In this document: positions 31,890 through 33,077 of the stretch, in pieces | Layout of the letters: the number at the start of each line of letters is the position of its first letter | How positions within the stretch are numbered: position 1 is the first letter of the stretch | IMG/VR virus record: IMGVR_UViG_3300028742_000021 | Location: 1 to 33,077 of that record | Source: a virus | Taxonomy: Duplodnaviria > Caudoviricetes | DNA: 33,077 nucleotides | Strand: one strand, 5' to 3' | Made by a program: the position numbers and the translations under genes | The notes under the pieces: generated by a model | The model's input: the letters and a program-made list of their open reading frames with translations, nothing else | Told to the model about the DNA's origin: nothing | The model's database searches: none

Positions 31890-32647
31890 AGTGCGAATCC
31901 CATCTGTTCGGTTTTTGGTGCTTCTGGCTCGAATAGCGATTCCTGGCGCTGGGCGTCTTCGATGCGTCGGCAGGCTATTTCGAAGTACTTGGGTTCGCGC
32001 TCGATGCCAATGAATTTCCGGCCCAGCCGCATGGCAGCGACGCCTGTCGTCCCGGAACCCATGAACGGGTCTAGTGCGCACTTTTCGGGCGCGACCAGTG
32101 CAGACACCAAATGTTCCATGACAGAAAGCGGCTTCTGGGTTGGATGACCAGCTTTCTCGGAATTCCCGGCACGCAATGCATCCGCGACCATGACGTTGCG
32201 GCGCGATGGGTTCGCATCTGCGAAATAAGAGCCAGCGTCATAACCCAGGCACGCGACTTCGAAAGCAGACGGCCAGCGATTCCCCGGCATCGCAGGAGGC
32301 GGGCACAGCTTCACCCATGACCACGGCTTCGGCGTCATACCAGCTTGGCGAAATACCTCGCGGGAGATCTCAAGGGTGTCGAACCCAGCGAAAGCGAATG
32401 CATTGCCGGGGCGATTCAGAACATCCAACGAACCGATCAACGCGTCGCGAATCAGCCCATGCGTTTCCGGACCATCCCAATCCCATTGGAGCTTTCGCGA
32501 TCCATCCAAGCGTTTCTGCTCGCCAAAGTCGTGGACGATCCCATATGGCGGATCAGTAATCACCGCATCCACGCGATCGAGCGTCGGCAGGATTTCGCGG
32601 CAATCGCCCAGATACAGCATCGCATCGCCTATGATTTCAGTTCTCAT
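31886..32647 (-). CDS. Orphan DNA methyltransferase, N6-adenine/N4-cytosine, beta class
   Basis: TDPPY (motif IV) precedes HPTQKP and LDPFMGSGTTG (motif I). Confidence 0.93.
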   Translation of the reverse strand: MRTEIIGDAMLYLGDCREILPTLDRVDAVITDPPYGIVHDFGEQKRLDGSRKLQWDWDGPETHGLIRDALIGSLDVLNRPGNAFAFAGFDTLEISREVFRQAGMTPKPWSWVKLCPPPAMPGNRWPSAFEVACLGYDAGSYFADANPSRRNVMVADALRAGNSEKAGHPTQKPLSVMEHLVSALVAPEKCALDPFMGSGTTGVAAMRLGRKFIGIEREPKYFEIACRRIEDAQRQESLFEPEAPKTEQMGFAL

Positions 32648-32976
32648 CGCGCACCCCGCCCAAGCCGCGCCAACTCCTGAAACTCCCGATTCCCCCGGTC
32701 ATAGCCCGTCAACTCGCCAACCTGCCAGCGATGCACTTGCGGCGCCTTTTTCTCGACCGGCTTCGGCTCAGTTCCCGCCACGCAATACCGCGTCGACACC
32801 TTGTAGCCTTCGCCGATCTTCACGCCAACGATCAGGCCTGCGCGGATGGCAGCGGTGAGCGTGGGCGTAATTGCCTTGGCGCTGCAGCCGAACAACTTGC
32901 CGAGGTCAGTCATCGTGTGCGCCTTACCGGGCGTCATGCGCTCGACTAGGCTGCCTGCGGATAGATCAGCGTTCAT
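32644..32976 (-). CDS. Hypothetical winged-HTH-like protein (110 aa)
   Basis: Preferred start is the ATG at 32976 (MNADLS; AGGAG RBS, ATGA overlap). TMTDLGKLFGCSAKAITPTL is HTH-like. Confidence 0.6.
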   Translation of the reverse strand: MNADLSAGSLVERMTPGKAHTMTDLGKLFGCSAKAITPTLTAAIRAGLIVGVKIGEGYKVSTRYCVAGTEPKPVEKKAPQVHRWQVGELTGYDRGNREFQELARLGRGAR

Positions 32977-33077
32977 GCTGCGACTCCTATGTTCGATCCA
33001 TTCCCGCGCCGACACATCTCAAAAAAGCACTGGCGCAGCAAATCGTTACCCTCTGCGTTGCGAACCGGCCGCTCGGC
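32973..33077 (-). CDS. 3' end of an upstream gene running off the window
   Basis: Open frame AERPVRNAEGNDLLRQCFFEMCRRGNGSNIGVAA-stop, whose TGA overlaps the ATG at 32976. Confidence 0.5.
   Translation of the reverse strand, partial: AERPVRNAEGNDLLRQCFFEMCRRGNGSNIGVAA

Overview
The window is the late half of a tailed (pro)phage genome with a contractile, myovirus-type tail. It is GC-rich and looks betaproteobacterial (Burkholderiaceae-like); the host is an inference only. Almost everything is on the - strand. Reading right to left: (1) a nin-like cluster of small, tightly coupled accessory genes, including an N4/N6 DNA methyltransferase, a DUF1364/YbcO-like nuclease-domain protein, a cupin-like protein and a HAD phosphatase; (2) a Q-like late regulator followed by a pR'-like promoter; (3) a ~4 kb late leader with no lysis genes but a metallophosphoesterase, small ORFs and several densely base-paired non-coding stretches; (4) a + strand two-gene moron (unknown protein + small HTH) with its own promoter and palindromic operator; (5) terS, terL, portal, scaffold, capsid, head-tail genes (with a proteasome-beta/HslV-like Thr protease embedded), sheath, tube, a frameshifting tail chaperone, tape measure, baseplate and tail fibre genes; (6) a + strand OafA-like acyltransferase that is 5'-truncated by the window edge. 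No integrase, lysis cassette, tRNA or CRISPR array is visible. All product calls come from motif reading and gene order, not database searches.
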